DNA of 64,000 nucleotides from an uncultured Acidobacteriota bacterium (GTDB taxonomy: Bacteria > Acidobacteriota > UBA6911), in NCBI GenBank assembly GCA_963839475.1, contig CAWIVH010000019.1, positions 202,725 through 266,724 on the forward strand. The letters run 5' to 3'. The notes beneath the pieces were generated by a model, which made no database searches, was not told the origin of the DNA, and saw nothing but the letters and a program-made list of their open reading frames with translations. This document shows positions 20,744 to 29,825 of this stretch, piece after piece (the stretch's first letter is position 1; every line of letters begins with the position of its first letter). The position numbers and the translations under genes are program-made.

Positions 20744-22132
20744 CTAGGCGGCTCCCTCAGTTCTGTAACCAGCTTCAACCCAGGCGGCAGTTCCTCCAGC
20801 CACGTTGAAGATCTGCCCGAAGCCATGGCGCTCCAGTATGCTTGTCGCCGCACTTGAACGATACCCGCTTCTGCAGATGACAGCCGTGGGCCGCCCGGAA
20901 TTATATATTCCCAGCTCTTTTTCCAGACGGGTCAATGGGGCATTCACTGCCCCCGGCGCATGCGCGAGGCTATACTCGCTGGGGTGGCGGACATCAATCA
21001 GCTGAAATGACCTTCCCTCCTCGATGAGGTTCTTGAGATCCTCGACCGGCATCTGGACAATGGATGCCGCGGGCAGCCCAGCCCGCTCCCAACCCGACAT
21101 TCCACATTCCAGAAATCCTTTCACCGTATCGATGCCGACGCGGGCGAGCCGCGTGACGGCCTCATCCACCTCGCCCCGCTCATCAGTGATAAGGATTATG
21201 GGGGTCCCGAGGGGTATCAACGCCCCGGCCCAGGAAGCAAATTGCCCGCCAAGTGCGATATTCAGGGCACCGTGAATGTGGCTATTTCCGAAAACCGCTG
21301 CCGGCCTGACGTCGAGCACCAACGAACCTTCTTCCGCAAGCACATGAACTTCGGCGGGCTGAAGCACAGCCGGCTTGGGCAGATGATCGAGAGCCGGCGC
21401 CCCGGCGCGATTCAGCTCGGCATCCCGGCTAAAATACGCCGGAACTTCAGGCAGGTCCGTTGTCATCATTCTGACAAAAGCATCTCGATCCATGGGCTGG
21501 AGCGCGTAATTGAAGCGCCGCTGCTGGCCGAGGGTCGACCAGGTCTCGTTCGACATATTGCGCCCGCACAGAGAGCCCGCACCATGTGCCGGATAGACTT
21601 CGACGTCGTCGGCAAGGCGAAGCAGTTTATCATGCAGGCTGTCATAGAGCATCGCGGCCATTTGTTCGGGGGCAAAACCCTTCGATCCCGCCAGGTCAGG
21701 CCGCCCGATATCTCCGATGAAGAGCGTATCGCCTGTCAGCACCTTCTGGGGCAGATAAGGTTCCGGCTCGCCACAGACGACAATGCAAATGCTCTCGGGC
21801 GTGTGACCCGGGGTTTCCAATATGTCCAGCCTGATTTGACCTACCTGAAGCCGGTCGCCGTCTTTCAGGGGGATGTGGGGAAAAGCCGCGCCCGCGCGCC
21901 GGCCAAAAGCTACCCGAGCTCCCGTCCGTTCCGCAAGCTCTCGGTGACCGCTGACGAAATCCGCATGCAAATGTGTTTCGATGACGTATTTGATCTTCAA
22001 GTTCTGCGCGTCGGCTTCTTGAATATACTGATCCACATCACGCTGGGGGTCGACAACCGCCGCTTCTCCATTCGAACCGATCAAATAAGATGCGTGCGCC
22101 AAACATCCCAGGTAAAACTGTTTGAAATACAT
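20744..22132 (-). CDS. persulfide dioxygenase (MBL fold) fused to two rhodanese domains (CstB-like)
   Basis: MBL metal motif THLHADFVSGH near the N-terminus. First rhodanese lacks the catalytic Cys (ILITDERG). Second rhodanese is intact (AVICRSGYRSS .. GGTAAWVEAGY). Confidence 0.85.
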   Translation of the reverse strand: MYFKQFYLGCLAHASYLIGSNGEAAVVDPQRDVDQYIQEADAQNLKIKYVIETHLHADFVSGHRELAERTGARVAFGRRAGAAFPHIPLKDGDRLQVGQIRLDILETPGHTPESICIVVCGEPEPYLPQKVLTGDTLFIGDIGRPDLAGSKGFAPEQMAAMLYDSLHDKLLRLADDVEVYPAHGAGSLCGRNMSNETWSTLGQQRRFNYALQPMDRDAFVRMMTTDLPEVPAYFSRDAELNRAGAPALDHLPKPAVLQPAEVHVLAEEGSLVLDVRPAAVFGNSHIHGALNIALGGQFASWAGALIPLGTPIILITDERGEVDEAVTRLARVGIDTVKGFLECGMSGWERAGLPAASIVQMPVEDLKNLIEEGRSFQLIDVRHPSEYSLAHAPGAVNAPLTRLEKELGIYNSGRPTAVICRSGYRSSAATSILERHGFGQIFNVAGGTAAWVEAGYRTEGAA

Positions 22133-22409
22133 TAATCAGCCTCGAATTTTGATTGGCCTTATTGAAACTGGACTGTAAATCTCAACTTGGGGGAGCCCCA
22201 ACCCGCAATGTGAATAAAGTTTACACTATGCCAAGGTGATGTGGAATAGGACTTCAAATTCGAATCGATGAATGGAGCGCACGGATCGCTCGATGGGATG
22301 ATGTTCATTTAAAACGCAGATCTTATTCGCTCCCCTATCCGTGTCATCAATTGCTGTTGTCAGCCTATATTCTCCCCGGTTATGCTTGCGGACAGTCAAG
22401 GAGCCCGCT

Positions 22410-23798
22410 ATGGAACAGAGCGATAAGGAATGGACCCGACGCAATTTTCTGAAAACTTCTGCGGCAGCCGCCGCAGGGACGTCTCTAGCCGCTGAAGCGC
22501 TCGGCGCCCCATCGGTTCAGCCGGCCATGGGAGCCAATGACAGGATAAGGGTTGGCTTTATCGGGGTCGGCAATCGGGGATCACAGCTGCTGCAGGGCTT
22601 CATGGCCCAGCCCGACTGCCAGGTTGCTGCCCTGTGCGATGTTTATGAACCCTACCTTACGCGTGACCGGTCGCGGGTTGATGCGGAAACCCTGAGAACC
22701 CTCGAAAACTACACCCCGCGGATGGGGGAAAAGTTCGATCCGCCTGTGACCCGTCACAATGATTTCCGGCGTCTGCTGGAAGAAAAGGGTATCGATGCTG
22801 TCGTAATTGCGACACCCGATCACTGGCACGCCATCCAGACCATTGCCGCACTTGAAGCCGGCAAGGATGTTTATGTGGAAAAGCCGCTGACCATCACGAT
22901 CCCTGAGGGGCGCAAAATGGTTCAGACTCAGAAGCGCACGGGGCGCGTGGTGCAGGTGGGTCTCCACCGCCGCTCTTCCAAGCTCTACGGGCAAATTCAC
23001 GGCATCATCCAGGAGGGTAGGATCGGGTCCGTGAGCCTCGCGCGCGCCTACCGGACCAGCAATATGGTCCCGAACGGCATCGGAAAATACCCCGATTCAG
23101 CCCCCCCCAAGGGGCTGGATTGGGACATGTGGCTCGGACCTCGCGCGGCCCGGCCATTCCGGCACAGTATTGCGCCCTACAAATTCAGGTGGTGGCAGGA
23201 TTACTCATCCCAAATGGGCAACTGGGGGGTCCACTACTGCGATGCGATGCGCTGGGTTTTGGGTGAGGAAGCGCCGGTCGCGATCACCGCCCATGGCGGC
23301 AAATACCTGGTGGATGACGACCGCACCATCCCCGACACCATGGAAGTTATCTTCGAGTTTGCTTCGGGGCGCCTGATGATGTTCGGGCTGCACGAAGCCT
23401 GCAACAGCAGGCCGCTCGCAAGCGGCGAGATCGAGTTCTGCGGAACCCTGGGCAACCTCTATCCGGGAGCTGAGGCGCGTGGCTATAAGATCCTGCCATC
23501 GGGCAGAGGGCAATTTCAAAAGCCGGCCGGCAAGGTTGAGGCGGAGGAAATCGCGGCGACCGATGGTGACCTGACACACCAGCATATCCGCAACTTCCTC
23601 GATTGCGTGAAGTCGCGTGAAAAATGCAGCTGCGACCTGGAGACCGGCCATCGTTCGACCAGCTTCGCCCACCTCGCGAATCTGGCATTGGCGGCACGAT
23701 CACGCATCGAGTGGGATCCTGTGATGGAGCGGGTGACAAATAACGAGAAGCTGAATCGATCTCTGCAATACGAATACCGCGCTCCCTGGAAACTATGA
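22410..23798 (+). CDS. Gfo/Idh/MocA-family oxidoreductase with Tat signal
   Basis: Start at ATG 22410 (AAGGAG 6 nt upstream). Twin-arginine motif TRRNFLKTSAAAAAG. Rossmann motif GFIGVGNRG. Conserved EKP motif (VYVEKPLT). Confidence 0.85.
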   Translation: MEQSDKEWTRRNFLKTSAAAAAGTSLAAEALGAPSVQPAMGANDRIRVGFIGVGNRGSQLLQGFMAQPDCQVAALCDVYEPYLTRDRSRVDAETLRTLENYTPRMGEKFDPPVTRHNDFRRLLEEKGIDAVVIATPDHWHAIQTIAALEAGKDVYVEKPLTITIPEGRKMVQTQKRTGRVVQVGLHRRSSKLYGQIHGIIQEGRIGSVSLARAYRTSNMVPNGIGKYPDSAPPKGLDWDMWLGPRAARPFRHSIAPYKFRWWQDYSSQMGNWGVHYCDAMRWVLGEEAPVAITAHGGKYLVDDDRTIPDTMEVIFEFASGRLMMFGLHEACNSRPLASGEIEFCGTLGNLYPGAEARGYKILPSGRGQFQKPAGKVEAEEIAATDGDLTHQHIRNFLDCVKSREKCSCDLETGHRSTSFAHLANLALAARSRIEWDPVMERVTNNEKLNRSLQYEYRAPWKL

Positions 23799-23811
23799 AT
23801 CTCCGAAGGAG

Positions 23812-24591
23812 TTGATTATGTCAGGCATGATGAAGGGCGACCACGACGGCTTCTGGGAGGAACACGTGGAAGTCCATTCATACGATGTCGATGTCAGCCG
23901 GAGACTCACGCTGGAAAACCTGCTGCAGTATTTCCAGGAAGCCGCCTGGAATCACGCCGAGCACCTGGGATGGGGATATTCGCGCCTTCGCTCGCAGAAT
24001 CAGATCTGGGTGCTCGCGCGCATGATGGTGGTCGCTGACGCTTATCCGGAATGGGGGCAATCCGTAGTGCTGCGAACCTGGCCGTGCGGATGGGTGTCAC
24101 TCCTGGCCTTGCGCGATTTCGAAGTGCTGGACAACGAGGGGCGCAAGCTGCTGGCTGCCACAAGCAGCTGGCTGGTTCTCGATCTGAAATCGCGGCGGCC
24201 GCAGCGCATCGAGCCGCTCCTCGGATCCATGCGGACATTTCCGGCTCATCGGGCCGTTGGCGCGGATGCCAACAAGCTGCCGCCGGTCGCGGAATCGTCC
24301 CCCACGAGCATTTTCAATGTGAGGTACAGCGACCTTGACCTGAATCTCCACGTCAACAACACCACGTACGCACGCTGGATCCTCGATAGCTACCCGGTCG
24401 ATTTCCATCGCACCCACCGGCTTCGCAGCACAACGCTCAATTTCCTGGCCGAAGTGGGCGGAGATGACGCAGTGGCACTGAGTTCACAAGATCTGGGCGA
24501 GTTCCGGATCGCGCATTCGATCCGGCGCCATACCGACGGGACGGAGGCATGCCGGGCTGAGTTGGTGTGGGAGAACTGCAAGCAGCCTTGA
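23812..24591 (+). CDS. acyl-ACP thioesterase family protein
   Basis: Two hot-dog halves typical of FatA/B-like acyl-ACP thioesterases (HSYDVDVSRRLTLENLLQYFQEAAWNHAE.. and ..YSDLDLNLHVNNTTYARWILD). Start is 14 nt after the upstream stop with GAAGGAG upstream. Confidence 0.75.
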   Translation: MIMSGMMKGDHDGFWEEHVEVHSYDVDVSRRLTLENLLQYFQEAAWNHAEHLGWGYSRLRSQNQIWVLARMMVVADAYPEWGQSVVLRTWPCGWVSLLALRDFEVLDNEGRKLLAATSSWLVLDLKSRRPQRIEPLLGSMRTFPAHRAVGADANKLPPVAESSPTSIFNVRYSDLDLNLHVNNTTYARWILDSYPVDFHRTHRLRSTTLNFLAEVGGDDAVALSSQDLGEFRIAHSIRRHTDGTEACRAELVWENCKQP

Positions 24592-24620
24592 ATCAGTTCC
24601 GAACAGCCGCGCGCTGATCC

Positions 24621-25952
24621 TTACTTCGGAGGCTCTCCGCTTTTCAGAAAAAGTTCGATCCAACGGTTTACGCGATCCACCTGTTCGGGAACGTTGTTGT
24701 GGCCCGTCTCCAGGGCAAGCAGGAGTTTCTTGGGGCTCTGGATTACGTTGTAGGCCGAGAACATCGAGGTCGGGGGACAGGTCTCGTCGTTGTATCCCCA
24801 GGTGTAAAGGCCCGGGACACGCAAACGGCGAGCAAAATTGACCACATCATAGTAGCGCGACGTCTCGACCTTTTCCTTCATGCGAAGGGTCGGATCCTTT
24901 TCCGAACGGAACATGTGCGGCCATCCTCCAGCACGTCCCTGCAGATAACCTGTCACATCGGATAGCGCGGGGTAGTAGGCAGCCAGTCCCGTGACGCGGG
25001 GATCAAGTGCCGCCGTAACAATGGATAAGGCCCCGCCCTGACTTCCGCCTGTAACCATCAGATTCCGGCCATCCCATTTGGCTCGGCCGACCAGGAAATC
25101 ATTGGCGCGCACACAGCCTAGGTAAACGCGGCGGTAATAATACCGGTCCCGGTTGTCCAAGCCAAAGGTTGGATAGTTTTCGAGAGCCCCTACCCGGAGG
25201 GAGTCGTACAGCGAAGGCTCCAGGTTCACCGGAATGCCATGTATTCCGATTTGGAGGGTAATAATGCCTTTTTCGGCCATATCGACGACACCCCGGTAAG
25301 GCCGCACGCCGGCGCCCGGAACATTCAGTAAGGCCGGGAATTTACCCTCGGCTTTCGGCTCACAAAGAACTCCGTAGAGACGGCTGACGCCCGCGCCGGT
25401 GGCGATGTTCTGAATGTTGACGTGATAGCAATCGACGTTCGCAGTGCCGTATTCGGGCAGCAGGGTCAGCTTGGCATCCAGAGGGATTTTGGCAAGATCG
25501 GCCTTGCCGGCGCTCCAAAAATCATCGAAATCGGCTGGATTTTCGGCAGTGGGCTGGATCTTCTGGGGGGCAAATCCGGCGGTGGCCAATCCGCGATAGG
25601 TTTTGCCGTCCATATCCACCGTCGCGACACAGCGCAGGAATCCCGGTTCCTTCAGGGTGCCTGCCGGGATCTGAAGCCCCGCAGCTGGTAGAGCGGAGCT
25701 GCTGTCGATGACGGGCGCCATCATCTCCGGCCCGACCCGGTACTTGACCTGGGCGCCCTGAACCGGAAAGCCATCCCGTATAACGGTTATGTTGAATGTC
25801 ACGGGTTCTCCGGGAGTATAGGTCCATCCCTCGCGATCCGGACGAACTCTCACCTGGATAGCTCCGGTCCTGTCCTGCGCCAGAGCCATGGATGAGATAA
25901 GGATGAGCTGACCAAAAAAGATCGCGATCATGCGCCGAATGGGATTCCGCAT
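24621..25952 (-). CDS. acetylxylan esterase / cephalosporin-C deacetylase family (CE7-like) with N-terminal extra domain and signal peptide
   Basis: Nucleophile elbow GGSQGGALS. Conserved C-terminal His region (ETGHNNVP). Signal/TM segment IAIFFGQLILISSMALA. Confidence 0.75.
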   Translation of the reverse strand: MRNPIRRMIAIFFGQLILISSMALAQDRTGAIQVRVRPDREGWTYTPGEPVTFNITVIRDGFPVQGAQVKYRVGPEMMAPVIDSSSALPAAGLQIPAGTLKEPGFLRCVATVDMDGKTYRGLATAGFAPQKIQPTAENPADFDDFWSAGKADLAKIPLDAKLTLLPEYGTANVDCYHVNIQNIATGAGVSRLYGVLCEPKAEGKFPALLNVPGAGVRPYRGVVDMAEKGIITLQIGIHGIPVNLEPSLYDSLRVGALENYPTFGLDNRDRYYYRRVYLGCVRANDFLVGRAKWDGRNLMVTGGSQGGALSIVTAALDPRVTGLAAYYPALSDVTGYLQGRAGGWPHMFRSEKDPTLRMKEKVETSRYYDVVNFARRLRVPGLYTWGYNDETCPPTSMFSAYNVIQSPKKLLLALETGHNNVPEQVDRVNRWIELFLKSGEPPK

Positions 25953-26430
25953 AGTATCCTTCCAAGGTTGAAAGAGCTTCGCTGATTTGCCGCCTCGTCC
26001 CGGTCTGCGATCGGACCGCCGGTCGTGGCAACCAGGGTGATTTTAGTCCAAAATCTGCTATTTGCGGTCTGTGGAAATGTCAGGAAATGCGAACGCACCG
26101 GTGACTCCAATGGGCAGCGGCTGCTTCGAACAAACTTCGGTCCATGAATTCTACGAATTTCCCGAAGTCATGGATGGAAATCCGTTCGTTGTTGCCGCGA
26201 GCCTCGCTTCCCTGTACCGGCATGGACGACTCAATGCGGAATTCAATTCTTCAGCGGCCACTTGCAGCGTCGGAATTCATGTTGCAGAAAAAAACGAGTT
26301 TCCCAGTTTCATATTTTGCGATCCCCCTCAAAGTGCTAGGCTGGATAATTATGCAAAGCGATTATTAATCGGACAAAAAAAGGCTTCACCCGCCGCAGCC
26401 TCAATCCGATAGAGTGTCGGGAGGAGATAT

Positions 26431-29400
26431 ATGGCGATTAACCATACTGTATTGGCTGCAGTTCTCAGCATCGGAATTGGAAGTCTTCTCCCCTATTCGC
26501 CGGCCGCAGGCAAAAACCAAAAGAGTACAGAAACATTTGTGGGGCTGGACGCGGGCATTCAGGTTCAAGAAGAGGAAAAACCCGGATTGCAGCGTTCCTA
26601 TGGGCGCCCCCAGGAAAATATCCCGGCCGATCACAGGGTCGCTCCAAGACCGCAACCCCTGGCACAAATCGATCCGAGAAAGACCCAGGCTGGTCCAGCG
26701 GCCGCGAGCGCGAGGCCATCTTCGTCCGAGAGCAGCGACGGGCAAACCTGGACGCAAATGTTCCCCGGGGCACGATTCTCTCATGCCATGGACTATGATG
26801 CGGGGCGGTCGCAGGTCGTGGTGTTTGGTGGCGACGGTGATACTTCGGGCAGCGATACCTGGGTGCATTACGGCAGCACTTGGACCAGGAAGAATCCTTC
26901 GCAAAGCCCCCCCGCCCGGGGCCATAGCAGGCTCATCCATGATGCGGCCCGTGGACAATCCGTGCTTTTTGGCGGGCTGGATTCGCTATCGTGGGAAGCC
27001 CTGAAAGACACCTGGATCTGGGATGGCAGCGCATGGAATCAAAAGAGCCCATCCAAGAGCCCGTCAGTCCGATTCGATCATTCCATGACCTATGATCAGG
27101 CGCGGGGGAAGGTCGTATTGTTTGGGGGCCATGCCTGCAATGAATGTAACGCCTTCGGTGACACGTGGGTATGGGATGGCAGTGACTGGTCGCAACGGAA
27201 CCCGTCGCAGAGCCCGCAGGCGCGACACTCTTCCGCAATGGCCTATGATGCGGCACGATCACAGGTAGTGCTGTTTGGCGGAGGCGCTTTTAATAATCAA
27301 TCATGGCAGTCTTTCAATGACACATGGGTGTGGGATGGGAACAGCTGGACGAAAAAGAATCCGACCCTGAGCCCTCCGCCTCGGTACGGTCATGCCATGG
27401 CCTACGATGCCGCAAGAGGCCAGGTTTTGTTGTTTGGAGGATGGAATTCTTCGGGGAGTTTTTTGGACGACACGTGGGTGTGGGATGGCAGCAATTGGGC
27501 GCAAAGGTATCCGTGGCAGACCCCGCCGGCACGAAGTGTCCATGGCTTAACCTACGATGCAGCGCGGGCGCAGGTGGTGCTTTTTGGAGGCCAGGAGCCG
27601 TCGGGAAATCTGGGCGACACATGGATATGGGATGGAGGCACCTGGACGGAGGAGAATCGCGTACCCCATTTGAGGAGCTATCCCGCTCTTGCCGGCGACG
27701 CAGCCCGAGCGCAGGTGGTGATGTTTGGGGGGTCGAAATGGTGGGTGGAGGGCATCAACGTCAATTTGAATGACACCTGGGCGTGGGATGGTGGCAAGTG
27801 GATCCAAAAATATCCCTCACAGAGCCCGCGGCCTCGATATGGTCATGCGATGGCCTACGACGCGGAGCGGGCGCAGATAGTGTTGTTTGGGGGAATAGAA
27901 TCATCCTCGAATCGCTTGAATGAAACCTGGGTGTGGGATGGCACCAACTGGACGCAAAGATATCCGCTGCAGAAACCGCCGGCCCGCTCCTATCACGCCA
28001 TGGCCTATGATGCTGCGCGGGGACAGGTCGTGCTTTTTGGAGGGATGGATTCGTCCTCGAATCGCCTCAATGACACCTGGGTGTGGGATGGCACCAACTG
28101 GACGCAAAAGAATCCGTCGCAGAGTCCGCCGGCCCGCTGCTATCACACGTTGGCCTATGATGCGACTCGGACGCAGATGGTTCTGTTTGGCGGAGGCGGA
28201 ATAGGCAGCGGCTGGTACGGAACCATGCTAAACGACACCTGGGTGTGGAACGGCAGCAACTGGACGCAAAGGTATCCGTTGCAGAGCCCCTCAGCCAGAT
28301 GCATTCACGCAATGGCCAATTATGGGGTAAAGGGGCAGCTGCTTCTGTTCGGAGGCTATATCCAGGATGTGGGCGAACTGAATGATACCTGGGCGTGGGA
28401 TGGTAATAACTGGGCCAAGGCGAATCCCGCACAGAGCCCAAGATTGCAGAGTCAACACGCCATGGCCTACGACACTACCCGAGCGCATGTGGTGCTGTTT
28501 GGGGAGGAGGGACATTGGATTTGGGGCGCTGGGTATTCATGCCCCACCCTGACGGTCACACCAGCGAGTTTGCCGGCCGGGATAGCAGGGAGCTCTTACA
28601 GCCAAACCATCTCCGCCACGGGCGGAACCGCACCTTACACTTATTCCATTACCTCCGGGATGATTCCAGCCGGATTGAATCTAACAGCCGCGGGAATTCT
28701 GTCCGGCACCCCCGCTGCAACTGGAACCTACAGCTTTACCGTAATGGCCGCAGGCTCAGGACAGTGCGCCGGAAGCCAGCAATACTCCCTGACGATTAAC
28801 GCCGCCGTCGGCCCGCCAGGCAAGGCAGTTCCAGTATCTCCGTCCGGAACCATCAATATTTCATCCCCGGCCTACACCTGGAACGCAGTGGCGGATTCAA
28901 CCTGGTATTACCTCTGGGTCGGCGACTCGTCCAGCAGCGAAAAAATCAAACAGTGGTTTACAGCAAACCAGGCAGGCTGCGCCTCGGGAACCGGCACCTG
29001 TTCGGTAGCGCCAGCCACCGCGTTAGCCAGAGGCAATGCGCAGTGGTGGGTCCAAACCTGGAATGAAGCTGGCTATGGACCCTGGAGCAATGGATTGAAT
29101 TTCACCGTGGAGCCGGGAGGCATTCCCGGCAAGGCAACGCTCCTGTCTCCATCGGGAACCATCTCAACGGCTGCTCCAACCTACACCTGGAGTGCAGTGT
29201 CCTCGGCAACCTGGTACCAGCTGTGGGTCGATGACAGTACTGCTTCACCCAAAGTCCAGGCATGGTACAAAGCTGCCGACGCCGGCTGTGGATCGGGAGC
29301 CGGCACGTGTGCCGTCACGCCTGCAATTCAGGTGGCATCGGGATCGGCGCAATGGTGGATCCAGACCTGGAATGAATCCGGTTATGGCCCCTGGAGCAAT

Positions 29401-29733
29401 GGCATGGCGTTTGTTGCGGGCGGCACGGCTTTGCCCGGCAAAGCAGCACTGATTTCGCCAACGGGGACGACCACAACAACAAAGCCGGTCTACACGTGGA
29501 GCGCAGTTGCCGGTTCAACCTGGTATTACCTCTGGGTCAATGATTCGGCTGCCAGCGGGAAAATCAAACAATGGTTCACGGCAAGCCAGGCCGGGTGTGC
29601 ATCAGGGACCGGGACCTGTTCGGCAAATCCCGCTCAAGCGCTATCCCGGGGCTCCGGTCAATGGTGGATCCAGACCTGGAATGAGATCGGCTATGGGCCC
29701 TGGAGCGATGGCATGATCTTCACGGTGCCGTAG
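26431..29733 (+). CDS. secreted Kelch-repeat beta-propeller protein with Ig-like domain and three C-terminal ~100-aa repeats
   Basis: Signal peptide. About 12 Kelch-type repeats, each with ..VLFGG..NDTWVWDG.NW.. Ig-like stretch (TAPYTYSITSG..GTPAATGTYSFTV). Three tandem repeats sharing TW.AV..STWY.LWV.DS......W......GC.SG.GTC..P......G..QWW.QTWNE.GYGPWS.G. RBS GGAGG before the ATG. Confidence 0.85.
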   Translation: MAINHTVLAAVLSIGIGSLLPYSPAAGKNQKSTETFVGLDAGIQVQEEEKPGLQRSYGRPQENIPADHRVAPRPQPLAQIDPRKTQAGPAAASARPSSSESSDGQTWTQMFPGARFSHAMDYDAGRSQVVVFGGDGDTSGSDTWVHYGSTWTRKNPSQSPPARGHSRLIHDAARGQSVLFGGLDSLSWEALKDTWIWDGSAWNQKSPSKSPSVRFDHSMTYDQARGKVVLFGGHACNECNAFGDTWVWDGSDWSQRNPSQSPQARHSSAMAYDAARSQVVLFGGGAFNNQSWQSFNDTWVWDGNSWTKKNPTLSPPPRYGHAMAYDAARGQVLLFGGWNSSGSFLDDTWVWDGSNWAQRYPWQTPPARSVHGLTYDAARAQVVLFGGQEPSGNLGDTWIWDGGTWTEENRVPHLRSYPALAGDAARAQVVMFGGSKWWVEGINVNLNDTWAWDGGKWIQKYPSQSPRPRYGHAMAYDAERAQIVLFGGIESSSNRLNETWVWDGTNWTQRYPLQKPPARSYHAMAYDAARGQVVLFGGMDSSSNRLNDTWVWDGTNWTQKNPSQSPPARCYHTLAYDATRTQMVLFGGGGIGSGWYGTMLNDTWVWNGSNWTQRYPLQSPSARCIHAMANYGVKGQLLLFGGYIQDVGELNDTWAWDGNNWAKANPAQSPRLQSQHAMAYDTTRAHVVLFGEEGHWIWGAGYSCPTLTVTPASLPAGIAGSSYSQTISATGGTAPYTYSITSGMIPAGLNLTAAGILSGTPAATGTYSFTVMAAGSGQCAGSQQYSLTINAAVGPPGKAVPVSPSGTINISSPAYTWNAVADSTWYYLWVGDSSSSEKIKQWFTANQAGCASGTGTCSVAPATALARGNAQWWVQTWNEAGYGPWSNGLNFTVEPGGIPGKATLLSPSGTISTAAPTYTWSAVSSATWYQLWVDDSTASPKVQAWYKAADAGCGSGAGTCAVTPAIQVASGSAQWWIQTWNESGYGPWSNGMAFVAGGTALPGKAALISPTGTTTTTKPVYTWSAVAGSTWYYLWVNDSAASGKIKQWFTASQAGCASGTGTCSANPAQALSRGSGQWWIQTWNEIGYGPWSDGMIFTVP

Positions 29734-29825
29734 CCTGAAATGATTCGAATTTATATCGTTCCTCATCACGGAAAGCCGGCGTGCCGTGAGATCCTGCAGG
29801 CGAAAACGCGCCGCGACGCAAAGGG

